This document shows positions 17,864 to 28,247 of a DNA stretch of 64,000 nucleotides, piece after piece. Made by a program: the position numbers and the translations under genes. Each line of letters starts with the position of its first letter. The stretch's first letter is position 1. The notes beneath the pieces were generated by a model. That model searched no databases. It saw nothing but the letters and a program-made list of their open reading frames with translations, and was not told the origin of the DNA. The stretch spans positions 74,432 through 138,431 of the forward strand of contig CAVTIV010000022.1 in the NCBI GenBank assembly GCA_963734865.1. The letters are read 5' to 3'. The stretch comes from Pirellulaceae bacterium. Its GTDB lineage: Bacteria; Planctomycetota; Planctomycetia; Pirellulales; Pirellulaceae.

Positions 17864-19150
17864 CCTCCTCGGACGCATCGCTCGATGAGGTCACCCTCTC
17901 GACCAACACGTACCTGAATAACGGCGCAGATCGTGACGGTCAGCGGCGGCTTGACGCTGGACAACAGCACGCTGCGTCTGAATCACAGCACCAACAGCGG
18001 CAACTTTGACCAGTATGTGCAGCTGAACTTTGCCGGCGGCGTGCAGACCCTCGGCGGGACCGGGACGGTCGAACTGGTCAACAACCGCAACGACGGCTAC
18101 TCGGAGCACGTCCGCTTGCGTCCGACCGCCGGCGGTGACCTGACGATCGGTGCGGGGATCACGATCAAGAATCTTGCCAGTACTTACTTCTCGGTGATCG
18201 GGGATGCGGGGCTGCCGCTTTTGATCGAGGGAACGATCATTTCGCAGAGCACCCAGTCAAGCAACTACTCGCTGCAGGTGACCGGCTCGAGTGTGACCAA
18301 CAGCGGGACGCTGCAAGTCGATACGGCCGAACTGGATGTCAACGGCCTGAGCGGGAACCTCGGCAACGTGGTGATCAACGGCGGCGACCTCGATCTGGAC
18401 GGGACGTACACGGTCAGCGATCTGGTCACTGTTCCCGATGGGGGCAGTCTGACGCTGCGCGGTGACTGGAACAACGCCAGCACGATCGATCAGACGACCG
18501 GCAGCACGGTTTATCTGGGGAGCACGTTCACGGTCGCCGATCTGGGGACGTTCACCGGCGACGGCGGCTCGGCGGTGATCTTCGGGACGCTGGAAGACGA
18601 CGGGGTCGGCTGCCGCCGACACACTGACCATCGATGCCGACCGAAGCTGGTACCTGTCCGGCGCGACGGTGCAGGGGATGTTGATCGACGGTGATCCCGG
18701 CGCACTGCTGCAAGTGACCTCCTCGGACGCATCGCTCGATGAGGTCACCCTCTCGACCAACACGTACCTGAATAACGGCGCAATCGTGACGGTCAGCGGC
18801 GGCTTGACGCTGGACAACAGCACGCTGCGTCTGAATCACAGCACCAACAGCGGCAACTTTGACCAGTATGTGCAGCTGAACTTTGCCGGCGGCGTGCAGA
18901 CCCTCGGCGGGACCGGGACGGTCGAACTGGTCAACAACCGCAACGACGGCTACTCGGAGCACGTCCGCTTGCGTCCGACCGCCGACGGTGAGCTGACGAT
19001 CGGTGCGGGGATCACGATCAAGAATCTTGCCAGTACTTACTTCTCGGTGATCGGGGATGCGGGGCTGCCGCTTTTGATCGAGGGGACGATCATCTCGCAG
19101 AGCACGCAGTCAAGCAACTACTCGCTGCAGGTGACCGGTTCGAGTGTTAC
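17006..19150 (+). repeat. R1: about 852 bp tandem repeat, about 2.5 near-identical units
   Basis: Anchor CAAGTGACC at 17006, 17857 and 18711. Units 2 and 3 are almost identical by eye. Confidence 0.9.
17933..18694 (+). CDS. Giant-gene fragment: R1 unit 2
   Basis: 253-aa ORF whose sequence is almost identical to residues of 16874-17863. Confidence 0.7.
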   Translation: MTVSGGLTLDNSTLRLNHSTNSGNFDQYVQLNFAGGVQTLGGTGTVELVNNRNDGYSEHVRLRPTAGGDLTIGAGITIKNLASTYFSVIGDAGLPLLIEGTIISQSTQSSNYSLQVTGSSVTNSGTLQVDTAELDVNGLSGNLGNVVINGGDLDLDGTYTVSDLVTVPDGGSLTLRGDWNNASTIDQTTGSTVYLGSTFTVADLGTFTGDGGSAVIFGTLEDDGVGCRRHTDHRCRPKLVPVRRDGAGDVDRR

Positions 19151-20963
19151 CAACAACGGCACGTTTGAAGCGATTTCTGGTCTCTTGGATGTTGTCCAGA
19201 CACCTACCAACTTTTCTGCCGGCACCTTGACGGGAGGGACATGGCGGACCAGTGGCGGCGACATCCGTCTGCCGTCCGGCAACACGATTCAAACGCTTGA
19301 CGCATTGGTATCGCTCGATGGTGCCGGCTCCGACTTGCGAGCTGGATCGGGGAATGCCTTATCGACTCTGGTGAACGTCGCTGCTGGTGGATCGCTCTCG
19401 CTGACGGAAGGAAATAGCCTGACGCTTGTTGGCAGTCTCGACGATTTCGGCGAGCTGACCGTCGGCAGCGGCAGCACACTGAGCGGTACTGCTGTGACGA
19501 TCAAGGATGGAGGATCCTTGGACGGTGCCGGAATCATCAATGGGTCGCTCACGGCCGAAGCGAACGCATCGATCGCACCAGGCCAGAGCCCAGGAGTATT
19601 GAGCAGCGGTGATCTCGACTTGCAGAGCGGCTCGATACTCAGTCTGGAAATCGGTGGGCCGGTCGCTGGCGATGAGTATGACCAGGTCAGTGTCGCGGGG
19701 AGCGTGATGCTGGCGGGAATGCTGGACGTCACTCTCACCGATGTGTTTACGATTGCCCAGGGTCAGACGTTTACGATCATCGACAATGATGGTACCGAGA
19801 GTGTCAACGGTTCCTTTGATGGGCTGCCCGGTGGTTCGATCATCAACGTTGGCGGCGTCGATTTTTCGATCGGCTACGGGCTGGGTGACGGAAATGACGT
19901 GGTGCTGACGGCCGAGTCGTCGGTGGACGTGTTCACCGGAGCCGGCGGAAACTATCGCTGGCTCGACCCGGCCAATTGGAGCGGCGGCAATCTGCCCACA
20001 TCCGTTGATAGCGCGTTCATCGACGACTTACCTGGCTCGCCGACCATTGAAATCGACGGAACTGTGATCGTTCGAATCGTGAATTCAGCGGAAAGAATCT
20101 CCGTAACATCCGGAAGCCTTTCGGTCCTTGATGACTCGGTGTTTTCCGGCTTGGACATCGACGGTGGAATCGTGAACCTTGGTCGAAGCAATGCGAACTC
20201 CGCCGGTACGGTGTTGAACTCCGGGGCGCTGGAGATTGGCAACGATCAGGCGCTGGGCAATGGCAGTTTGACTATCAACGGGGGCACGATATCGGCCGAT
20301 GGCGCCGCTTATGCGCTGCCCAACGAAATAGTGATCGGGGGAGACGTCAGCATTGTTGGGACCGAAGATCTGACCTTCAGCGGGCCTGCGAGCCTGGTTG
20401 CCCCCAACGCGGTCGTCGATGTGCCAGCCGGGGTTACAACGAGTTTTGATAACGACGTCGATGATGGAGGCGATGGCTACACGCTGTCCAAGTCGGGTGA
20501 CGGATCGCTCGTCCTCAGCGGAGACAATACGTTTATCGGCGGTCTGCTGGCTGACCAAGGCACGTTGCAGATCGACGGCACCATCGCGGCACCAACGACA
20601 ATCTCCAATGGTGCCATCCTGCGCGGTGCCGGTGAATTTTCAAACTCGCTGACAATCGCATCCGGGGGCACCGTCGCTCCCGGACACAGTCCCGAAATCC
20701 TTCACACCGGGGACTTTGATCTGCAGGCCGGTTCCATACTGCAGATCGAGATCGGTGGAACCACTGCCGGCAGTGAATATGACCAGGTGGATGTTTCGGG
20801 AACGGTGACCTTAGGTGGGACGCTCACTGCTGGATTGATCAATGGCTTTGTGCCATCGGCAACACAATCGATGACGATCATCAACAACGATGGCAATGAT
20901 GCGGTCGTCGGCACGTTTGCCGGCCTGCCCGAAGGGGCAACGGTGGTCGATCAGCTCGGTTGA
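18669..20963 (+). CDS. Giant-gene fragment: R1 unit 3 plus terminal block A (autotransporter-associated beta-strand-type repeats)
   Basis: 764 aa. YTLSKSGDGSLVLSGDNTFIGGLLADQGTLQIDG (PATR-like). Two copies of APGxSPG...DLQxGS...EIGG...EYDQV.V.G.V.L.G.L...F.II.NDG...G.F.GLP.G. Confidence 0.75.
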   Translation: MQGMLIDGDPGALLQVTSSDASLDEVTLSTNTYLNNGAIVTVSGGLTLDNSTLRLNHSTNSGNFDQYVQLNFAGGVQTLGGTGTVELVNNRNDGYSEHVRLRPTADGELTIGAGITIKNLASTYFSVIGDAGLPLLIEGTIISQSTQSSNYSLQVTGSSVTNNGTFEAISGLLDVVQTPTNFSAGTLTGGTWRTSGGDIRLPSGNTIQTLDALVSLDGAGSDLRAGSGNALSTLVNVAAGGSLSLTEGNSLTLVGSLDDFGELTVGSGSTLSGTAVTIKDGGSLDGAGIINGSLTAEANASIAPGQSPGVLSSGDLDLQSGSILSLEIGGPVAGDEYDQVSVAGSVMLAGMLDVTLTDVFTIAQGQTFTIIDNDGTESVNGSFDGLPGGSIINVGGVDFSIGYGLGDGNDVVLTAESSVDVFTGAGGNYRWLDPANWSGGNLPTSVDSAFIDDLPGSPTIEIDGTVIVRIVNSAERISVTSGSLSVLDDSVFSGLDIDGGIVNLGRSNANSAGTVLNSGALEIGNDQALGNGSLTINGGTISADGAAYALPNEIVIGGDVSIVGTEDLTFSGPASLVAPNAVVDVPAGVTTSFDNDVDDGGDGYTLSKSGDGSLVLSGDNTFIGGLLADQGTLQIDGTIAAPTTISNGAILRGAGEFSNSLTIASGGTVAPGHSPEILHTGDFDLQAGSILQIEIGGTTAGSEYDQVDVSGTVTLGGTLTAGLINGFVPSATQSMTIINNDGNDAVVGTFAGLPEGATVVDQLG

Positions 20964-23150
20964 CTTCGAGATCAGCTATGACGGTGGTGACGGCAATGAT
21001 GTTGTGCTTACTGGCTCCTCCGCTGATCGTCACATGGGACGGCGGCGGTGACGGCACGAGTTGGAGCGATCCGCTACAACTGGGACACCGAGACCGTACC
21101 GACGAACATCAACGAGCCATCATCGACCTGGTGGGATCCAATCCGACAGTCAATGTCGACGGACGATGTTGTCGGTCTATGCGATGGTGACGGCCGAAGA
21201 CATCGCTTCAGCAGCGGTAGCATTTTCAAGTCGATTGCAAAAGCCGAAATCAACTCCACAGCAACGATCAAGGAGCCACGATTAAAGATGTGAAGTTTGT
21301 TGGCAATGGCACACTGCAAGTATCCAGTGCCGACGGAACGCTGGACGGAGTGACGTTGGGTGTGGACACGACGCTGCTGCGAAGGCGCAAGTCACGGTGC
21401 TACAACGACTTGGTCCTGGACGATGTCACGTCCACTTGGAGCGGGACCATCGCGAGCGCAGAGCACACAATTGGCGTTGCCTTGAACTTTTCCGGCGGCG
21501 AACAAAAGCTGGACGGCACGGGCGTGGTGGAGTTGGTCAGTACCTCAGCAACAGCAACTGAGACCACGGCCGAGTCCGGGTGCGTCCCACCGACGGAGGT
21601 TATTTGACGATCGGTGTGAACGTCGTCGTGCGCAATGCCACCAACTCAAATTACTCACACTAGGTGACGCGAGCCTGCCGCTGACAATCGAAGGAACGGT
21701 GCTCTCGCAGAGTTCCGCATCGCGTACAACACGTTCGTTGTCACCGGCTCGACGGTCACAACAACGGCACGATCAACGTTGCCGTCAGGGACGCTGAGTA
21801 CGAAGAATCTGCAAAACAACGACACCATCAACGTCGCGGGGGGCGGATTGAGTCTATACGGCAATTGGCTCAACAGCGGCACGATCGACCAGACCGGAGG
21901 TGCGATCAATCTGTACGACACGTTTGTGGTCTCCGATCTGGGCACGTTTACTGGCAGCGGCGGGACTGTCAACATCGCGCGGAACGCTCGACGATCCCGG
22001 CGCCACGTTGACCGTCACGTCGGAACGAACGTGGCAGCTCAACGGTGGCACGATCCGCGGTGGCACTGGTGCCGGTCGCTTCAGATTGTCGATGACAACG
22101 ACGGCGATGCGGCCGGGACATTTGCCATCACCAGCAATGATGGAACGCTCGACGGAGTGACGTTGGGTGTGGACACGACGCTGCTGCGTGGCGCCAAGTG
22201 ACGGTGCTACAACGACCTGGTCCTGGACAATGTGACGTCACACTTGGAGCGGACCATCGCGAGCGCAGGCACACAATTTGGTCGGCTTAAACTTTTCCGG
22301 CGGAGAACAGAAGCTTGACGGCACCGGCGTGGTGGAGTTGGTCAGTAACACTCAGCAACAATCAACCAAGATCACTAGTGCGAGTGCGGCCCAGCGACGG
22401 CGGTCATTTGACGATCGCTTCCGGTGTGACGGTACGCAAGCCACGGAGCCCAAATCACGTCACGGTGGGTGATCCGACCTTGCCGCTGACGATCGAAGGA
22501 ACGGTCTCGGCGGAAAGTTCCGCATCCATACCAACACGTTCGATTGTCACCGGCTCCGGTCAATGAAGGCATGATCAACGTGCTCGCCGGAACGCTGAGA
22601 CCGAAGAATCTGCAAAACAACGACACCATCAACGTCGCCGGGGGCGGATTGAATCTATACGGCAACTGGCTCAATAGCGGCACGATCGACCAGACCGGAG
22701 GTGCGATCAATCTGTACGATACGTTTGTGGTCTCGGATCTGGGCACGTTCACTGGCAGCGGCGGGACTGTCAACATCGCGCGGAACGCTGGATGATCCCG
22801 GCGCGACGTTGACCGTCACGTCGGAGAGAAACTGGCAGCTCAATGGTGGCACGATCCGCGGTGGTACTGGTGCCGGCCGCTTCAGATCGTCGATGACAAC
22901 GACGGCGATGCGGCCGGTACATTCGCGGTCACCAGCAATGACGGAACGCTGGACGGCGTGACGTTGGGCGTGGACACGACGCTGCTCGAGGCGCGCAAGT
23001 GACGGTGCTACAACGACCTGGTCCTGGACAATGTGAAGTCACACTTGGAGACGGGCCATCGCAGAAGTCAGGCACGCATTACTGGGTCGGCATTGAACTT
23101 TTCCGGCGGCGAACAAAAGCTCGGCGGCACCGGGCGTCGTCGAGTTGGTC
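20960..23150 (+). pseudogene. Most degenerate stretch of the giant gene (junction A/B plus R2 units 1-3): about a dozen frame changes and two in-frame TGA
   Basis: Short ORFs in all three frames (20960-21190, 21048-21293, 21290-21607, 21779-22201, 22278-22472, 22315-22566, 22544-22795, 22701-22961, 23033-23281). Each carries pieces of the same unit (VTWDGGGDGTSWSDP, GTLDGVTLGVDTTLL, LNFSGGEQKLDGTGVVELVS). Confidence 0.75.
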
Positions 23151-24575
23151 AGTACTACCACAGCAATAATGCAGACCACGACCGGAGTCCGGGTGAGTCC
23201 CACCGACGGCGGTCGTTTGACGATCGGTTCGGGCGTCGACGTGCGCAATGCCACCGACTCGAATTACGTCACGCTAGGTGATGCGAGCCTTGCCGCTGAC
23301 GATCGAGGGTACGGTGCTCTCGCAAAGTCCGCATCGGCATACAACACGTTCGTTGTCACCGGCTCGACGATCACCAACAACGGCACGATCAATGTTGCGT
23401 CGGGGACGCTGAGTACGACGAACCTGCAAAACAACCACGACATCAACGTCAGCGGCGGGTCATTGAGCCTCTCGGGGGATTGGCTCAACAGTGGCACGAT
23501 CGACCAGACCGGCGGCACGATCGGTCTGTACGACACATTTGTGGTGTCGGATCTGGGAACGTTTACCGGCACAGGTGGGACTGTCAGCATCGGTGGAACG
23601 CTGGATGATCCCGGCGCCACGTTAACCGTCACGTCGGAACGGACGTGGCAATTGAGTGGCGGCACAATTCGCGGGGGTACTGGCGCCAACCGCCTTCAGA
23701 TTGTCGACGACAACGACGGCGATGCTGGCGGGAACGTTCGGGTAACCAGCAATGATGGAACACTGGACGGCGTGACACTGGGTGTCGACACGACGCTGCT
23801 AAACGGCGCTCAGGTGACCGTGCAAAACGACCTGGTGCTGGACAACGTGACGTTGCGGTTGGAACGTGTCTACGTTGATTCAGGCACGGCGTACGATGTG
23901 GGCCTGAATTTCTCTGGCGGGACTCAAACGCTCGGTGGGACCGGCGTCGTGGAGCTGTTCAGCGACTACTATGCCAATAACGCGACCGACTTCGAGGAAC
24001 GCTATGTGCGAGTCCGCCCGACCGATGGCGGTAGTCTGACAATCGGTTCGGGCATCACGGTGCGTAACACGACCGATTCCCGGTTCATCACCGTGGGGGA
24101 TCCATCGCTTCCGCTGGTGATCAACGGTACGCTAATCGCGCAAAGCACGCAGAGCAGCCGCAACAATTTGAATCTGACTGGGTCGACGATTACCAACAAC
24201 GGCACCATGAATGTCGTGTCGGGGACGCTGGATACAATCAATCTGCAAAACAGCCATGACATCAACGTCAGCGGCGGGTCCTTGAGCCTCTCGGGGGACT
24301 GGCTCAACAGTGGCACGATCGACCAGACCGGCGGCGCGATCGGTCTGTACGACACATTTCAGGTGTCGGATTTGGGTACGTTTACCGGCACCGGCGGGAT
24401 TGTCAGCATCGGTGGTACGCTGGATGATCCCGGCGCGACGTTAACGGTCACGTCGGAACGGACGTGGCAATTGAGTGGCGGCACAATTCGCGGTGGTGCT
24501 GGTGCCAACCGCCTGCAGATTGTTGACGACAACGACGGTGACGCTGGCGGGAACGTTTCGGGTAACCAGCAGTGA
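23145..24575 (+). CDS. Giant-gene fragment: R2 units 3b-5 (longest intact piece of the R2 array)
   Basis: 476 aa with internal duplication. GTINVASGTLSTTNLQNNHDINVSGGSLSLSGDWLNSGTIDQTGG occurs twice. Confidence 0.7.
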   Translation: MVSTTTAIMQTTTGVRVSPTDGGRLTIGSGVDVRNATDSNYVTLGDASLAADDRGYGALAKSASAYNTFVVTGSTITNNGTINVASGTLSTTNLQNNHDINVSGGSLSLSGDWLNSGTIDQTGGTIGLYDTFVVSDLGTFTGTGGTVSIGGTLDDPGATLTVTSERTWQLSGGTIRGGTGANRLQIVDDNDGDAGGNVRVTSNDGTLDGVTLGVDTTLLNGAQVTVQNDLVLDNVTLRLERVYVDSGTAYDVGLNFSGGTQTLGGTGVVELFSDYYANNATDFEERYVRVRPTDGGSLTIGSGITVRNTTDSRFITVGDPSLPLVINGTLIAQSTQSSRNNLNLTGSTITNNGTMNVVSGTLDTINLQNSHDINVSGGSLSLSGDWLNSGTIDQTGGAIGLYDTFQVSDLGTFTGTGGIVSIGGTLDDPGATLTVTSERTWQLSGGTIRGGAGANRLQIVDDNDGDAGGNVSGNQQ

Positions 24576-24677
24576 CGGGACACTGGACGGAGTGACACTG
24601 GGTGTCAATACGACGTTGTTAAACGGTGCTCAGGTGACCGTCCAAAACGACCTGGTGCTGGATGACGTGACGTTGCG

Positions 24678-25382
24678 TTGGAACGTGTCTACGTTAATTC
24701 AAGCACGGCGTACGATGTGGGCCTGAATTTCTCTGGAGGGACTCAAACGCTCGGTGGAACCGGCGTCGTGGAACTGTTCAGTGACTACTATGCAAATAAC
24801 GCAACCGACTTCGAGGACCGTTATGTGCGAGTCCGGCCGACCGATGGCGGTAGTCTGACGATCGGTTCGGGCATCACGGTGCGCAACACCACGGATTCCC
24901 GGTTCACCACCGTGGGGGATCCAACTCTTCCGCTGGTGATCGACGGTACGGTGATCTCGCAAAGCACGCAGAGCAGTCGTAACAATTTGAACTTGACTGG
25001 GTCGACAATTACCAACAACGGCACCATGAATGTCGTGTCGGGAACGCTGGATACAATCAATCTGCAAAACAACCATGACATCAACGTCAGCGGCGGGTCA
25101 TTGAGCCTCTCGGGGAATTGGCTCAACAGTGGCACGATCGACCAGACCGGCGGCGGGATCGGTCTGTACGACACATTTCAGGTGTCGGATTTGGGGACGT
25201 TTACCGGCACCGATGGGACTGTCAGCATCGGTGGTACGTTGGATGATCCCGGCGCCACGTTAACCGTCACGTCGGAACGGACGTGGCAATTGAGTGGCGG
25301 CACAATTCGCGGCGGTACTGGCCCAACCGCCTTCAGATTGTTGACGACAATGACGGTGACGCTGCGGGAACTTTGCGGGTAA
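24678..25382 (+). CDS. Giant-gene fragment: R2 unit 5-6
   Basis: 234 aa, near-identical to the corresponding part of 23145-24575. Confidence 0.65.
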   Translation: MERVYVNSSTAYDVGLNFSGGTQTLGGTGVVELFSDYYANNATDFEDRYVRVRPTDGGSLTIGSGITVRNTTDSRFTTVGDPTLPLVIDGTVISQSTQSSRNNLNLTGSTITNNGTMNVVSGTLDTINLQNNHDINVSGGSLSLSGNWLNSGTIDQTGGGIGLYDTFQVSDLGTFTGTDGTVSIGGTLDDPGATLTVTSERTWQLSGGTIRGGTGPTAFRLLTTMTVTLRELCG

Positions 25383-27029
25383 CCAGCAGTGATGGGACAC
25401 TGGACGGCGTGACACTGGGTGTCAATACGACGTTGCTAAACGGTGCTCAGGTGACCGTCCAAAACGATCTGGTGCTGGATGACGTGACGTTGCGTCTGGA
25501 ACGTGTCTACGCTAATTCAGGCACGGCGTACGATGTTGGCCTGAATTTTTCTGGAGGGACTCAAGCGCTCGGTGGAACCGGCGTCGTGGAACTGTTCAGT
25601 GACTACTATGCAAATAACGCAACCGACTTCGAGGAGCGCTATGTGCGGGTCCGGCCGACCGATGGCGGTAGTCTGACGATCGGTTCGGGCATCACCGGTG
25701 CGGAACACCACAGATTCCCGGTTCACGACCTTGGGTGATCCGAGTCTTCCGCTGGTGATCGAGGGAACGGTGATCTCGCAAAGCACTCAGAGCAGCCGCA
25801 ATACGGTACAGGTAACCGGCTCGACGGTCACCAATGACGGAAGTTTCCAAGCGACTTCAGGGCTTCTCGACGTCGCGACGGCGCCAACCAACTATGCTGC
25901 AGGCACTCTCAGCGGCGGGGCGTGGATCGCTTCAGGAAGTGGCGTGATTCGAATCCCGGCTGGAAATTCAATCACGACAATTGACGCGACGGTCGTTCTT
26001 GACGGTCCGGCCGCCGACCTGGAATGGGGGCTGGGGTCGACGCGATTGGTGGGATGACTGACATCACAAGTGCCGGAAGCTTGACGCTGGCGGGTGGTCA
26101 CGACTTCACCACCGTTGGCGCCTTTACCAACGACGGCGCGTTGACGGTCGGCGGTGGGACATCGTTTATCGTACCGGCCGGTGACAGCTTTGTCAGCAGT
26201 GGTGTGACGATCGTCAATGGCAGTTTGACCAGCGATACGATCACCGTCGTAAGTGGCCGGCTTGGTGGTAGCGGCACGATCACGGGACCGATCACGGCTC
26301 AGACAAGCGCGACCGTCGCTCCGGGCAACAGTCCCGGAATTCTAAGCACGACGGGCGACTTTGAATTGCAAGCCGGATCGACTCTTCAAATTGAGATTGG
26401 CGGTCCGGACGTAGGAAGCGATTACGATCAGGTCAATGTGACTGGAGGCGTGAACACTTGCCGGCAACCTTAGCGTCGTTCTGACCGACATTTTCCCGAT
26501 CGTCGCGGGCCAAGAATTTGTCATCATCAACAATGATGCCGCCGATAGCGTGACGGGTAGTTTTGCCGGATTGATCGGTGGATAGAGCATCAATGTCGAT
26601 GGCGTTGAATTCTCGATCGGTTACGGCGGGGATTTGACAATAACGATGTCGTACTGACGGCAGTTGCCTCGGTTGACGTCTGGGACGGCGGCGCCGGGAC
26701 TTTCAATTGGCTCGACGCACAGAACTGGGCCAGCGACAATGTTCCCACCTCGGTGGACCGGGCGATTATCGGTGACCTGAGCGGAACACCCACGATCGTG
26801 GTCGACGGTACGGCGATCGTCAAGGGTGTCGATTCGGCCGAACTGATTCAGGTGACCGCCGGCAGCTTCACGGTGCTGGACAATTCGGAGTTTACAGGAC
26901 TCGATGTTGCCGGTGGCACGTTGAGCCTGGGCCGCAGTAACGTCAACGCGGCAGGCACAACGTTGCGTGCCGGCGGCACACTGGAACTAGCCAACGATTC
27001 CGCACTTGGTACGGGCGGGCTGACCATTA

Positions 27030-28247
27030 ATGGCGGCACAGTCACAGCGGTCGGCAGTGCGATCACTAGCGAACGCCGTATCGCTCGCCGGTGATTTGGC
27101 CGTGGTCTCGGCGGAACACTTGACGCTTAGCGGACCGGTGACACTGACTGGCGCAACGATCGACGTTTCCGTCGATGCGAACGCCATAGCATCGATCATC
27201 AGTGTCATCGATGACGGAGGAAACGGTTACTCGTTCTCGAAGTCGGGTGAAGGCACGTTGACTCTCGGCGGAGCCAATACGTTTACAGGCGATCTGAATG
27301 CCAACGCTGGAACGCTGCTAATCGATGGTTCCGCAACGGCAGCGGCAACCACCGTTGCCAGCGGTGCGACGCTGGGTGGTAGCGGAACGTTGAACGGACC
27401 GGTTTCGGCACAAGCCGGCGGGATCGGTGCCGAGGGTAACAGCCCCGGTATTCTCAACACAGGTGATTTTGATCTTCAAGTGGGTTCGACACTGAACATC
27501 GAAATCGGCGGAACAACCGCTGGCACCGAGCACGATCAAGTTCACGTGACCGGCACCGTGACCTTGGCTGGAACGCTCGATGCAGGTGTGATTAATGGGT
27601 TCACGCCATCGGCGACGCAATCGTTCACGATCATTGACAATGATGGTAACGATCCGGTGGTCGGTACGTTCGACGGTTTTGCGGAAGGTTCAATTTATAC
27701 GATTGACTCGGTCGACTATATTCTCAGCTATCGCGGCCTTGATGGCGGCGACAACGATGTCGTTCTGCTGGCGCTTCCCACGATCGTCACCTGGGATGGC
27801 GGTGGCGATGGCACGAGTTGGGATCATCCTCTGAACTGGAACATCGACGTGGTGCCAGGTCCGACCGACAAGGCGATCATGGATATCCCCGCTGATGTGA
27901 CGGTGGTTCACAGCACGGGAGTGACGACTGTATTCAGCATCGTATCTGCGGAAGTGCTGACGGTGTCGGGCGGTACGTTGGATGTGACCTCGACGGTACA
28001 GGTCAGCAATGCATTCAACCTTGCCGGTGGCATTCTGAAAAATGCGAGAGTCGTTCCTGGTTTAGGCAATGAAGGACTCACCGTTACCAGTGCTGACGGG
28101 ACATTGGATGGCGTGACGTTGGCCGCGGATACCGAGCTTGAAGAAGGTGCCCAGGTCACGGTACTAAAAGATTTGATACTCGATGGCGCCACGGTGACAC
28201 TGGAGCGGTCGACCAGCAGCGCCAGCACTCGTTCGATACGGGCTTGA
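27030..28247 (+). CDS. Giant-gene fragment: terminal block B running without a stop into super-module C
   Basis: YSFSKSGEGTLTLGGANTFTGDLNANAGTLLIDG; ...DYILSYRGLDGGDNDVVLLALPTIVTWDGGGDGTSWDHPLNWNIDVVPG... This shows that the super-modules are joined in one polypeptide. Confidence 0.75.
   Translation: MAAQSQRSAVRSLANAVSLAGDLAVVSAEHLTLSGPVTLTGATIDVSVDANAIASIISVIDDGGNGYSFSKSGEGTLTLGGANTFTGDLNANAGTLLIDGSATAAATTVASGATLGGSGTLNGPVSAQAGGIGAEGNSPGILNTGDFDLQVGSTLNIEIGGTTAGTEHDQVHVTGTVTLAGTLDAGVINGFTPSATQSFTIIDNDGNDPVVGTFDGFAEGSIYTIDSVDYILSYRGLDGGDNDVVLLALPTIVTWDGGGDGTSWDHPLNWNIDVVPGPTDKAIMDIPADVTVVHSTGVTTVFSIVSAEVLTVSGGTLDVTSTVQVSNAFNLAGGILKNARVVPGLGNEGLTVTSADGTLDGVTLAADTELEEGAQVTVLKDLILDGATVTLERSTSSASTRSIRA

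Larger units (their letters stand above)
21290..25830 (+). repeat. R2: about 800-820 bp tandem repeat, about 5.5 units
   Basis: Anchor ACCAGCA(A/G)TGA at about 21325, 22131, 22931, 23745, 24565 and 25382. Confidence 0.85.

Noticed and set aside
22199-23002. In-frame TGA codons in R2 units 2 and 3 as possible selenocysteine or readthrough sites (unit 1 has TCA at the same place)
   Set aside because: I saw no SECIS-like stem-loop just downstream. The codon sits in a locally scrambled 4-residue patch of a decaying repeat. Surrounding units carry many other disruptions.
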